Source: Malacoraja senta (lineage: Eukaryota). From it: 64,000 nt of DNA. The stretch lies in contig CM075990.1 in NCBI GenBank assembly GCA_038087875.1, forward strand, positions 16,742,001-16,806,000. Reading direction: 5' to 3'. The notes beneath the pieces were generated by a model. That model made no database searches. It saw only the letters and a list, made by a program, of their open reading frames with translations, and was not told where the DNA came from. Below are positions 50,798 to 63,740 of this stretch, one piece after another. The translations under genes were made by a program, and so were the position numbers. Numbering within the stretch: position 1 is the first letter of the stretch; the number at the start of each line of letters is the position of its first letter.

Positions 50798-53012
50798 TCT
50801 ACTGGACAATTTATACATTTATCATGCCAATTAATCAAGCCAATTAACCCACAAACCTGTTACTCTTTGGAATGTGGTAGGAAAGCAAAGATCTTGGAGA
50901 AAACCCAGGCAGGTCACGGGAAGAACGTACAAAATCCGTACAGATAGCACCCATAGTCGGGATCGAACCCGGGTCTCTGGTGCTGCATTTTGCTGTAAGG
51001 CAGCAACTCTACCGCTGCGTAGGATAGTGCTGGTATACGGGGATCGGTGGTCGGTATGGTCTCGGTTGGTCAAAGGGCCTGTTTCTGCGCTGTATCTCTA
51101 AACAAAACTAACCTAAACTTGGTCTCCAGGCCATTCCCACAGTTCGCTCTCCCCCTTCTCTCAAGGTTGAGGCTGGGGAATTAAAAGAGAAATTCCAGAA
51201 ATTCCAAAGAATTATTTTGGATCATTCTTCGTATTAAAAAAATCCCTGTAATAATAGGTCGTCAAAGGGCCTTCAAGGAAAGAAGAACTTGAAGCATTTT
51301 CTGACACTGGAAATAAATTACAAGGCAAACTAACGGTGATAAAGGCGAATCTGACGACCTGTACCCTTGGATTTAAATGGTGGCAGAGTTGATGGGCACG
51401 ATGGTAGTAATGTGTCAAACGTGTCGGATTCAGGAGCTGTCTCAGAGGATGGGAAAACTGCAAAAATGTTTCTGCTTGTGTGCTGTTCATCGTTTGGACT
51501 TTTGCACACAAGATGAAATCAATTCTTTCTCCAATGCACCAAGGTTTAGGTGGGCGGCATGGTGGCGCAGCAATAGAGTTGCTGCCTTCCAGCTCCAGAG
51601 ACCCGGGTTCGATCCTGACTATGGGTGCTGTCTGTACAGAGTCTGTGCATTCTCCCTGGGACCGCTCCAGTTTCCTCCCACATCCCAAAGACATACAGGT
51701 TTGTAGTTTAATTGGCCTCTGTAAATTGTTCGCAGTGTGTAGGATAGAACCAGTGGATAGAACCACTTCCAGCGTTATTCCCTTTGGTCCTCCAGCCTTT
51801 TCATGTCCAAGTATTTTTCCAATTTTCTTGCAAGAAACTCTGTTGGATTTGCGTGGACCACCCTTGCAGACAGCATATTCCCAATCGCAGCATGCTGTGT
51901 TAAAAACAAGCTCATCTCTTTCTCAATTCTTTGGTCAGTCGACTTGAAACACCAAATTAATCAAGCAGCCTGGCTCACAAGACGATGGCAAGGTTGCAAA
52001 GTGTGCCTTATATTTTTCAACAAATTTGCGGGAAAAAACATGTGTTTTTAATCAATGCAACTTTTTTTTTTTCCTCCTGACTTTTCTATTCTTTAACAAT
52101 TTCTATAATGGATTGCCCCTGAGTGAAACAGACTGAATGTTTGTTTTAATTGGACGCATTTGAACCTGATTTAAAATTCCACTCTTTTTTTGTGTGTCAT
52201 TGTCAAACCTTCTGGGATAAATTGAGTTACAGTGACTCATATCTGTAAAGATGCCAAAGTTCCTTCACAGATAAACATCACACCCTCTCTTGGCTTTATC
52301 AGAAGGCTCATGTTTGGTTTGAAATTCTTCCCAGGGTACATTCACCTATCCTGCACATGGGCTCAGTATCTAGCCTCAACGTACAAGGGTTGTCTGCATT
52401 GGGTTTTAGCAACGGAAGTGCCAAACTTAATGCTGAAGTGCCTCAGGCTTCTGACATTTTGGGGGGAAATACCTTGGAAGAAGGATGGCTTTGGATTTGC
52501 TGTTGTCAAGAGTCAAGAGTGTTTTTTTGTCAAATGTCGCCAAATGGAACAATATAATTCCTACTCGGATTCATGGGGCCATGCAGAATGGAAACAAGCC
52601 CTTCAGCCCAACTCGTTCATGCTGACCAAGATGCTCCACTAGTCCCACCTGCCCGCATCTGTCCCATATCCCTCTCAACCTTTCATAAGGTCATGTCATA
52701 AAGTGATAGGAGTAGAATTAGGCCATTCGGCCCATCAAGTCTACTCTGCCATTCAATCATGGTTGATCCATTTACCTGTCCAAATGTCTTTTAAATCTTG
52801 TTATAGTACCTGCCTCTTGCCGCAGTGTAACAGGCCCGTTAATCCCATAACACACAGATAAATATATAATAATCAGTAATACAATCAATTTGTATCTGTA
52901 ATACTAGGCAACCATAATAGTGCCACAGAAGTCACAATCCGTTGAAGATCATAGTTGCTGAGGTTAGTGGTGTGTAGTGTTCAAGAGCCTGGTGGTTGCA
53001 GGGAACAAGCTG

Positions 53013-53148
53013 TTCTTCTTGCGTATGGCGTGCACAGCCTAATGTTGGAGGTCAACTTGTTCTATTTGATCTACTTGTTTGTGCACGTCGGGTTGATTGC
53101 ATTAGTCGAAACAGGGTGGACCACGTGAAGGTTGCAATCTCCCACCCC
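53013..53148 (-). mobile_element. Ribozyme-headed short retroposon family A, copy 5
   Basis: Inserted in a Rex1 remnant (AAGCTGTTC|TTGAACCTGG); starts at predicted G1 53148. Confidence 0.85.
53095..53148 (-). ncRNA. Minimal HDV-like ribozyme (predicted, intact)
   Basis: GGGGUGG GA GAUUGCA ACC UUCACGU GGU CCACCCU GUUUCGA CUAA UGCAAUC = P1,J1/2,P2,P3,L3,P3',P1',P1.1/mini-P4,J4/2,P2'. Confidence 0.8.
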
Positions 53149-53342
53149 TTGAACCTGGTGGTCACGGTTTTCAAGGTCTTGTTTCGTCTTCCCGACTTTC
53201 CTTGTTGAGCACATCCGCCACTTTGAGCTGGACCGCTGGTGTAGGATTGGGAGGGACCATCCTCTTCATTGCTGTCCAAGTTTGCCACCCATTGGCCTCA
53301 CCAAGACACAAGTTGAGTCGTAATCTATCCTGCATAGAAATC

Positions 53343-53535
53343 CTCTTCTTCTTTTCGTGTCCATCCTGTTACAAATGTTGACATCGCTGTCATCGTCCGT
53401 CTGAAAAGGACGCAAGCTTCCGGCGACAATCAGTGGGAGCCATCACTTGTTGCAATAGATGATGGTGGTAGCAGAATTAGCTCAGGATACTTCCAGTTTC
53501 CAGCCCCGCGACGTGGACGCTTCTGCTATGGGGCC
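53343..53535 (-). mobile_element. Ribozyme-headed short retroposon family B (full length)
   Basis: (GAA)n tail; 11-bp TSD TGCATAGAAAT 53331-53341 / TGCACGGAAAT 53536-53546. Confidence 0.8.
53469..53535 (-). ncRNA. CPEB3-like HDV-family ribozyme (predicted)
   Basis: GGCCCC A UAGCAGAA GCG UCCACGU CGC GGGGCU GG [P4] CUAA UUCUGCUA. Confidence 0.8.
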
Positions 53536-54204
53536 TGCACGGAAATAGGACCATGGAAGGCACATCAACCATCAACAGTCCCATACTACAAGCACCATCC
53601 TACATCTGCACTAAACCTCTACTATTTTCACCACTTCCCCATCAACAACACCCAGCTTGTATCACCCTCCTCCACAAGGAACAAAATACAGTGTCTAATT
53701 AATATTCCAGCCCGTACTTCTCTGGAGGTGAAACAAGAAGCTCTTTGGACATTGCTTCATCCCGTACCTATTGTGCTGAATGATTCTAACAGGTTTTACA
53801 ATATGGTGTGTCTTTAATAATCCATCTGGTGAATATTCTGTTCTAAGTCTATCCTTCCTTGCGTAGAACGTGTGGCAGCTGTACGCAATGTTCCAGATGT
53901 GGTCCTAGCAGGGCCACTAACGGGACCCAAGCAGATGCTTGGCAGGAGCAATGTCTTTCAGCCAGAGGTTAGACTTGGGCAGCAAATGTGAGCACAGCTC
54001 AGAGGCAGTGCCATTCATTCGAAGGGTGAAACTCATATAGACGCACATGCCTCAAATCAAGGGAACCTTTAGCTTTGCAATTGTCATCATAGTTTGGTGA
54101 TAACTCTGGCTTCAGTAGAGAGGATATCAAATCAGCCACTATTGTGCTGATTTTCATAAACAACCTGGCAACATTCCTGTTTATGGTATGCTTGCCCACA
54201 TTGA

Positions 54205-55150
54205 TAGGGGCATTGAGTATAAAAGTCAGGAAGTCATGTTGCAGTTTATCGGACTGTGGTGAGGCCACATTTGGAGTATTGTGTGAAGTTCTGGTCGGCC
54301 CATTACAGGAAGGATGTGGAGGCTTTGGAGAGGGTGCAGGATTGCCAGAATATTTTTGTGGCCTCTTCTCTTTGTGCTGAAACATTGCCACTTAATCCAA
54401 AATCCAAGCTCCTTACTTTTTGAGAGAAGTACCTTATACTCCAGTTTACCAGAATGCTGCCTGGTTTTGAGAGTATTAGCGATGGGGAGAGATTGGACAA
54501 ACTTAGATTGCTTTTTTTCTGGGGCATTTGAGACTGAGGGGAGATTGGTAGAAGTTTCAAAAATTATAAGAGGCATAGCTATAGGGTAGGGTCTGAAGAA
54601 GGGTCTCGACCCGAAACGTCACCCATTCTCTCCCAGAGATGCTGCCTGTCCCGCTGAGTTACTTCAGCATTTCGTGTCCATTGTCAGTGTAAACCAGCAT
54701 CTGCAGTTCCTTCCTACATTGATAGGGTAGGCTGTCAGAATCTTTTTTTTCCCCAGGATGGAAATGCCAAAGATTAGAGAGCATGGATTTGAAGAGGGGA
54801 TCTTATTGAAACATAGAAGATTATTAAGGGTTTGGACACGCTAGAGGCAGAAAACATGTTGCCGATGTTGGGGAGTGCAGAACCAGGGGGCACAGTTTAA
54901 GAATAAAGGGTAAGCCATTTAGAACGGAGATGAGGAAACACCTTTTCACATAGAGAGATGTGAGTCTGTGGAATTCTCTGCCGCAGAGGGCGATGGAGGC
55001 CGGTTCTCTGGATGCTTTCAAGAGAGAGCTAGATAGGGCTCTTAAAGATAGCGGAGTCAGGGGATATTGGGAGAAGGCAGGAACGGGGTACTGATTGTGG
55101 ATGATCAGCCAGGATCACATTGAATGGGCCGAATGGCCTACTCTTGCACC
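54205..55150 (+). mobile_element. CR1/HER1 LINE remnants with a nested Penelope end (54589-54718)
   Basis: GIEYKS..VRPHLEYC-type remnant and GGGCCGAATGGCCTACT 3' tail; inserted CTGAAGAAGGGTCTCGACCCGAAACGTC unit. Confidence 0.65.
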
Positions 55151-57266
55151 TATTGTCTATTGTCCATTGTCTATTGGAGAGGGGCAAAGTTTAAAGGAGC
55201 AAGTTTTTTACACAGAGAAGGTGCCTGGAATGTGGTACCAGGGGTGGTGGTGGAAGCAGATATGATGGTGGTGTTTAAGAGGCTTTTAGATGGGCACCGT
55301 GGATATGCAGGGAATGGAGTGATAGGGATCACGTGCAGGCAGAGGAGATTAGTTAACCCTCGCATGATGTTGTGGGCTGAACGGACTATTCCTCTGTTGT
55401 ACAATTCTATGTTTTGGTCAGGAATTCACTTTATTTAAAGAGTCTGACCACGTGTACCACCTGAAATCTGAAAACAGAGCTCAAGACAGACCTAAACATC
55501 TGATGTTTCAACAATGCTCTTTGAGATGGAACAAACTGCAGAGACAGGCGATGCATTTCAAACTGGATTAACCAAACAGAAAAATTATTGAATTTGCGTT
55601 AAATATTCTGAAGTGGTCCATGGTATCGATGCATTTTGTAAGAAACTGCCCACAAAGCACTGAAAGGAAGAGAACAATTTTTTTTTTTTAAAGCCCTCAA
55701 AATAACTCGAGCCGAACAAAAAGGGATTTAATCAGCGGCATGTATTGCCATGGCAACAAAATTCAATCTGAGCACTATGTGTTTAGACGTGGGCCTTCCA
55801 AGAATTGTGGGTGGAACACAGCTGGGAGTACAAGGGCTTTGGAGTTATAATAAAATAGAAAAATAAAATTGGTTTGTCAGATAGAAGAATCAAATTCAGC
55901 AGAAGAAAATGTTGGTAATCATAGAGGTGTGTGTGCAGATCTCCAGACCACTGGAGGACCAGGCTAGCATCAAAACAAAATATATCTTATAAACTGCAGT
56001 ACCGATTATAATTCTGTGCGACGTTCTTGCCTCTAATGCTCCTTTTGATTGGTGTTGGCTTTGGGACGTGAAACTCGTGGATCCAAATTCTGATCTACAC
56101 ACAAGGAACTGCAGATGCCAGCTTACAACAAAAAAAAGACACAAAATGCTGGAGTAACTCAGCGGGTCAGGCAGCATCTCTGGAGAAAAGGAATAGGTGA
56201 TGTGTCGGTCGAGACCCTTCTTCAGACCCAGGGTAGGGGGAATGAAGAACGAAAGATCATAGGCTTAAGGCAAGAGGGAAAAGATTTGAGATAGGCAATA
56301 GACAATAGGTGCAGGAGTAGGCCATTCGGCCATTCGAGCCAGCACCGCCATTCAATGTGATCATGGCTGATCATCCCCAATCAGTATTCCGTTCCTGCCT
56401 TCTCCCCATATCTCTTGACTCCGCTATCTTTAAGTGCCCTATCTAGTTCTCTCTTGATGAACCTGAAGGGCAACTTTTCAACCCAGCGGTGATGCGTATG
56501 TTGGTGGAGCCGCTAAAGTAGTTTGTTGAGGCAGGTACTATAACAACATTTACAGTCACTTGAACAGGTGGATAGGAACAGTTTAGGGGAAATATTGTCC
56601 AAATGCGGGCTAATGGGACGAACATAGATGGGCATTGTGGAACGAATGGACAGATGATGTTTCAACTTTTCAGTCTGAAGAAGGGTCCTGACCCTAGTGT
56701 GTAGAATAGAAAAGTGTACGGGATGGGCACAAAATGCCGGAGTAACTCTACGGGAGGCAGCATCTCTGGATAGAAGGAATGGGTGACATTGTGATTACCA
56801 TTCGCACGGACTCGGTGGCCAAAGGACCTGTATCTCTAAACTAAACTAAACTAGAGCTGGTGGTTTCTGGTTGCCACTAACCATCCTGTCTAGATCCCCT
56901 GGGCGTTCGGTACAGGTGACTGGGACCACGTTGGAAACTGATGTTTCTCCAGCTCCTTGTCCTACCTCCCATCTCCGGAGAGTGAAGCTCCATCTGCTGA
57001 ATAGCATTTTCAAAGCCGGAAAACAATTCCACAGGATGTTCCCAACCAGCTTGCATTAAGTAGATCCTACTCGCTCATGTTGGACAGGATCCCGCCAGCA
57101 TGGATCCAAACGGCACACAAGGTTTGCCTCATAATATCTCGAGGGGAATCTTCTTGACAAGTTTATTTGGAGGCATACAAATCGAATCCTGCACTGCATG
57201 CAAGGAATGCGATAAATGTTTTCCTGCTTCAAGAACTAAACAACAGCAATTTAGAAATCACCCTTA

Positions 57267-57597
57267 AAACCCTGTCCCACTGTACGAGTTCATTCAAGAG
57301 TTCTCCCCGAGTTTGCCCTGATTCGAACTCGGAGAATTACGGTAATAGCCGCTCGTAGGTACTCGGGGCTCTCGTGGACATTTCTCAACATGTTGAAAAT
57401 TCTTCACGAGTCTTCCGAGCTTACCTGCCGTTAGTGAATCTTCCCGAGTACCTGCCGTTAGCGTTACGAGCCGCTAAGAGATGTCCCCGAGCTCCGACGT
57501 ACCCGCTACGTTCATTCTCCGTGCTTACCACGAGTTTGATTTTTTGATTTAATTCTGGAGAGCTCTTGGAATGAACTCGTACAGTGGGACAGGGCTA
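57267..57597. mobile_element. PIF/Harbinger-type MITE
   Basis: TIRs CCCTGTCCCACTGTACGAGTTCATTC with TTA TSD. Confidence 0.75.
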
Positions 57598-59586
57598 TTA
57601 ACGTAATAAAGATTGCAAAGTGTTTCATTGCAGAATTATTCACGGAACAATGGCCCCAATCTGATAAGGAGGTAACATGGTCGACAAGTAAAAGTCTTGT
57701 CAAGGAGAAAAATGTCACAGAATTTCTTAAAGGGAAGAATGAGAGATGGAGAGGTTTAGGATGGACATTCAGAAACGTAGGGATTTGGTGACTTTAGGTG
57801 CAGTGTGGAGTAATGATAAAAGAGATGATCAGGAAGCTAGAATTTTCTGTGTGTAGAGATGTTGAAGAGTTACAGGGAACCACAAATATAGAGAGTGTCG
57901 CGAGTATAGAGGCATTTGAAAGCAAGGGGGTGAATTTTGTAAATGAGCGTCTGATTTGTTCAGTTTGGAAAACATAGCATTGAAATGAGTCTTTCAGCCC
58001 ACCGGTCCGCGCCGACCATTGATTGGCCTGTTCCACACTAGTTCTATGTTATCCCACTTTCTCATCCACTCCCTGCACACTTGGTGCAATTTACAGAGGC
58101 CAATTAACCACACAGTACGTCTTTGGGATGTGGGAGGAAACTGGAGCACCTGAAGGGAACCTATGTGGTCACAGGGAGAACGTTGCAAACTCCACACAGA
58201 CAGCACCCGAGGTCAGGATCGAAGTCGAGTCTCTGATGCTGTGAGGCAGTGACTCTGCCAGTACACTATTGTGCCGCCATTTAGGGAATGGACACTAGCT
58301 AGGACTTTGGAGATAAAGTCTCTGTCCTCCTGCAGAACAGGATTTTAATACCCACCAGAGTGAGCAGACCAGTTTCTGATCAACGTCTCATGAGAGAGAT
58401 GGCAACTCAGAAGGCATTGAACTTCCTCTTTGCCACAATGGAATGTCAACTTATTTTTGTCCAGTTCTTTGGGGTGGAACAAGAATCTGTTGGCATGAGG
58501 CAGCAGGGAGAAATAGATGGCTCTCCTTTCAAAGGGAGCTTCCTCCTTGCTTCAAACCCCCTACATGGTTTGGCACAAAAGTCACATCCAGTGAACTTGA
58601 ATATAGCAGTCAATCATTCTGCTGGGTTAACTGGAAATTTCTATCAGCCAGATTTCTGAAAGGAACCTTTGTAAAAGTTCTAAAGTCCTGGCATTTGTGT
58701 CGGTTCTTCATTGATCATCTGGCAGAATATCAATTAAATTCCAGCTCTGTCCGTTTTTTCTGAGCTGAGTCCAATTCCTGAATCCAATTACTCGCACCTG
58801 CGCCACTCCACAAGAAACCAAAGGTCCCATCAACTGTGCGGGTGAACGGAAAGATGCAAGGGTCTACCTCAGGCCGGTGGTCTCACTGGTGTGGGCATTC
58901 ATGGATTAGGAGCATCAATCTAAAAACAGGAACAGATCCAATAGAGAACTCTGGAGAAACTCTGGAGAGTGGTAAGAATGTGGGAACTCTCTCCTTTTGG
59001 AACCGGAGGAACAGCAATTCACATTCCGCTTGTGTTTCTTCCAACCCAATGGAATGAGCATTGAATTCACAATTTCAACTAATACTACCCTAACCTCCCC
59101 CTCCATCTCTTAACTTCCACCCCCATCCCAAATTCCGGTAGACACTCATTTCTCCTGCCATCTTCCACAACCGTAGTCACCCTGCTCCTTTCTCCTCCAC
59201 GTCTTCATCTTACAAAAGATCGACACAAAAAGCTGGAGTAACTCAGCGGGACAGGCAGCATATCTGGAGAGAAGGAATGGGTGACGTTTCGGGTCGAGAC
59301 CCTTCTTCAGAAATTTATTTTATCCTTCCTCTTCACCCTCCCCTGTCCGCTTCCTCTCATAGCTCTTCCTCTGAATTTATTGCTATTATTTTGATATTTT
59401 CACATGTTTAAATTATAATATTTTATTTTAATTGTCTATTGTATATCGTGTTTTACCCTTGTGAACAAAGCATCAAGGCAAATTGTTGTATGTACAGTAT
59501 ACATACTTGCAATAGAATTGTATTCATTTTAATTCAATTCAATTGAATTATTGCACTATTTTTGTTTGTTTGTTTGTTATGTGAAC

Positions 59587-59587
<1 letters not shown>

Positions 59588-59625
<38 letters not shown>

Positions 59626-59633
59626 TGTGTGTG

Positions 59634-59677
<44 letters not shown>

Positions 59678-59711
59678 GTGTGCGTGTGTGTGTGTGTGTG
59701 TGTGTACGTGT

Positions 59712-59790
<79 letters not shown>

Positions 59791-59792
59791 TG

Positions 59793-59836
<44 letters not shown>

Positions 59837-59869
59837 TGTGTGTGTGTGTGTGCGTGTGTGTGAGTGTAC

Positions 59870-59901
<32 letters not shown>

Positions 59902-59913
59902 GTGTGAGTGTAC

Positions 59914-59944
<31 letters not shown>

Positions 59945-59956
59945 TGTGTGTGCGTG

Positions 59957-60006
<50 letters not shown>

Positions 60007-60011
60007 TGTAC

Positions 60012-60043
<32 letters not shown>

Positions 60044-60045
60044 GT

Positions 60046-60101
<56 letters not shown>

Positions 60102-60139
60102 TGTGCGTGTGCGTGCGTGTGTGTGTGTGTGCGTGTGCG

Positions 60140-60225
<86 letters not shown>

Positions 60226-60296
60226 TGTGCGTGTGCGTGCGTGTGTGTGTGTGTGCGTGTGCGTGTGTGCGTTGTGTGTGTGTGTGTGTGTGTGTG

Positions 60297-60328
<32 letters not shown>

Positions 60329-60331
60329 ACG
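59588..60331. repeat. Long (TG)n microsatellite with CG/TA interruptions
   Basis: Direct observation. Confidence 0.95.
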
Positions 60332-61194
60332 TTTTTGACCTTGTTTATTATATTATTTACAGTGTATTATCTTGACATATTGTGTTGTGCTGCAGTAAGA
60401 ATGTCATTGTTGTATCTGGGACATATGATGATAAAACATTCTTGAATCTCATGAGACTTCTCTCCTTACCTGATATCTTTTTGTCTCCTTTTCATCTCCC
60501 ATCTTTGTCACTATCTTTACCATCTGCCAATTGCCACCCTCTCTCCCACCCTCATAACACTGGTCAAGATTTGTCCCCTCCCCACCCTTCTTTTCCCTCT
60601 TCCTCCTCCCTAATGCATCACCGAAGAAGGGGCTCGACCCGAAACATCACCCGTTCTTTCTCTCCAGAGATGCTGCCTGTCCCGCTGAGTTACTCCAGCA
60701 TTTTGTGTCTATCTTTGGTTTAAACCAGCATCTGCAGTTCCTTCCTACATATGGGGGTGAAGTTGATCAGAATATACTGATGGAACCCGTTTGAATCGAG
60801 TCTAACGTCAGTTTGTGTGGATTGTTAAGGCCGGGCAGGGGTAAATGGCCACTTTTTAAACAATTTTTAGTTTAATTTAGAGATACAGCATGAAACAGAC
60901 CCACTGAGTCCACACCAACTGTTATCAGGCAGAGCTGGTGAGTGGAAGATGATAGTCAACTTTGTCACCCATCAGCGTTCCTGTGGGGACATTGGGAGGA
61001 TGTGTGACTGGCCTCTTTCAAAGCCTCATAACCACGGAGGTTTCATGACAACAGCACATTTGGTCTTGGCATCATGATTGGGACAGGCACTGTGGGCCGA
61101 AGGGCCTCTTCCTGTGTTCTATGTTCGACAAGCTTGCAAAAGTGTGTATAGACCTGCCCAATTGGAAAGTTGTCCAAGCCTAAAGGCTTCCCCT

Positions 61195-61375
61195 TTATTT
61201 TTATTCAAAAAATGTATTCAATTATTAAAAAAATACTATTACAATACAATAAAACAAACCAGAACCCACCACCATAATACAACACTTTAATAAACAGCTA
61301 TCTTACACTCCTTGTCAAGGATGCATTCAACACCCCGCGGAGCCCAGCGGTCCCGGAACTCCCCCGAAAGGCTTC
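61195..61375 (-). mobile_element. Probable Tx1/L1-group LINE 3' end
   Basis: Minus strand reads EFRDRWAPRGVECILDKE then an A-rich tail; clade assignment from recall. Confidence 0.4.
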
Positions 61376-61746
61376 CCCCTTGAAGCCCTGAAACTAATTA
61401 CCTGAAAGAAGTACAAAAAGTGTTATTTTATTGGGATTACAGGTGAAAACATGTTCTGAGACTACAGAGCTTGAAATCAGATTCAATGTGTATTGATGGT
61501 TGGACAGGAGAGAGATCCCTGGAGTCTAGAACGCTTGTCAAAATCCAATCCCTTTTGTCCAAGTACCTGAGGGGTCCTTTTCACTGGCATTTAGGTTGTG
61601 GCTGATGACCAGCTGAATGTTCCATGTTGAAATTCTTGGTACTCGCAACCTTACAAAGTTCAACAGGACTCCAGTCCCTGTGAATATTTGAACTCTCACA
61701 AACTCAGGCTTTTCGTCAGTCAAGAAAAGGCAGCCCAAACTATTAA

Positions 61747-62043
61747 AGCCCCTGTCCCACTTTCCCGAGTTACTCACAAATTCTCCCGAGTTTTCCCCTT
61801 GATTCGAACTCGGAGACGCCAGCCGTAGGTACTCGGGGCTATTTTTTTTACTCGTGGACATTTTTCAACATGCTGAAAAAACGTCCCGACTTACCTGATG
61901 CCCCGAGTACCTACGGCTGGCATTACGAACGCTACGGAACATCTACGGCCTCCTACGGCCTCGCTACGGACATTCTCCGAGTTTGAATCAAGGGGAAAAC
62001 TCGGGAGAATTTGTGAGTAACTCGGGAAAGTGGGACAGACCCT
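61747..62043. mobile_element. PIF/Harbinger-type MITE (same family as 14971-15291)
   Basis: Long TIRs with TAA TSD. Confidence 0.75.
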
Positions 62044-62175
62044 TAAGAGTCAAGAGTGGCGCAGTGGAAGAGCCGCTGCCTCACGGCGCCCAGAGATCCG
62101 GGTTCCGATCCTGACTGCAGGGTGCTGTCTGTGTGGAGTTTGCACGTTCTCACCCGACCGCGTGGGTTTTTCTCC

Positions 62176-62375
62176 NNNNNNNNNNNNNNNNNNNNNNNNN
62201 NNNNNNNNNNNNNNNNNNNNNNNNNNNNNNNNNNNNNNNNNNNNNNNNNNNNNNNNNNNNNNNNNNNNNNNNNNNNNNNNNNNNNNNNNNNNNNNNNNNN
62301 NNNNNNNNNNNNNNNNNNNNNNNNNNNNNNNNNNNNNNNNNNNNNNNNNNNNNNNNNNNNNNNNNNNNNNNNNNN
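62176..62375. other. Assembly gap (200 N)
   Basis: Run of N. Confidence 1.
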
Positions 62376-63444
62376 TAATTAAATTTATACATGGTTACCT
62401 ATTAATTCAAGTACTCTGAATCACCCCTAATCCTAGTGTTCTGCTGGACATGCAGTGCCTTCCATCAGTTCTGGTTGAGGGAAGTGCCGCCTGCTGTTTT
62501 TTGTAGGTTTATCATCCAAAGCACTGGTCAGCGTTCAAACGATGTGTTGCCACAGCTGGTAGAGTGTGAGAGTGTGAAAGAACCAAGTTCAATCCTGATA
62601 TCGGGTGCTGTCTGTGTGGAGTTTGCACATTCTCCCTGTGACTCTTTGTGGGTTCTCACCGGGCGCTCCATCCCAAAGATGTAGGGGGTTTGTAGGTTAA
62701 TTGGCCCTCTGTATAAATTGCTCCTAGAGTGTACGGAGTGGATGAGAAAGTGGGATAACATAGAACTGGTGTGAACGGGTGATCGATGGTTGGCATGGAC
62801 TCGGTGGGCCGAAGGGCCTCTTTCCAAGCTGCATCTCCAAACCAAGCTACAGCTAAACCTGCACCTAAAGCACAGATCGACCACTTCTCCATTTAGTGTG
62901 TGTGTGTTGGTGCAAACACAACAAGTGGTGCAGTTGCCAACGAAACAATCCATGTGCTGAAAGCTAGTTCCGAGCAGCACCACGGACTGCATCACACAAG
63001 ATGGCTTTTTTGGTTTAAATCTTCACATAAAAGGAGAACAGCGGTCCTTATACCTGGGACTGCCCGTCCAGAAGCCCCAACAGGGTAGAATTATTGAACA
63101 TGTCTCAAACACCACAGAGCTGTTGGCACAAACATATTTTGTCCCCGCACACAAGGAAAGGAATATAAAATTTCTAGAAACCCATTAGATAACGGAGAAT
63201 ACTTCAAAGCATCTCAGTTATTTGTAGTTATAATTAGGTTATTTGGCTGGAAGATAGGAAATGAGTACGTGGATGGTGCCTGCTGTGCATGTTGCCAGAG
63301 CGTTCAATGTCATTGATGTCCTTTTGTGTTCCATTGCTTTCATCTTTCGAGGACCAGTTGCTATGAATCTTTTGGGACTTTGGGGAAATTACTCTGCATA
63401 TTATCACTACAGCCACTCTTGGTCAAGAGGGATATAGAGTAATT

Positions 63445-63740
63445 AGTTTAGTTTAGAGATGCAACGCAGAAACAGGCCCTTCGGCCCACAGGGTCCACGC
63501 CGACCAGCGATCCCAGCACACTAACATTATCCTACACCCACTAGGGACAATTTTTACATTTACCAAGCCAATTAACCTACAAACCTGCACGTCTTTGGAA
63601 TGTGGGAGGAAACCGAAGATCTCGGAGAAAACCCACGCACGTACAAACTCCGTACAGACAGCACCCGTAGTCGAGATTGAACCCATGTCTCTGGCACTGC
63701 ATTCGCTGTAAGGCAGCAACTCTACCGCTATGCCACCATG
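63445..63740 (-). mobile_element. HE1-type V-SINE
   Basis: Full head-body-tail. Confidence 0.8.

Noticed and set aside
59551..60445. Cys/Val-rich ORFs
   Set aside because: Translation of (TG)n
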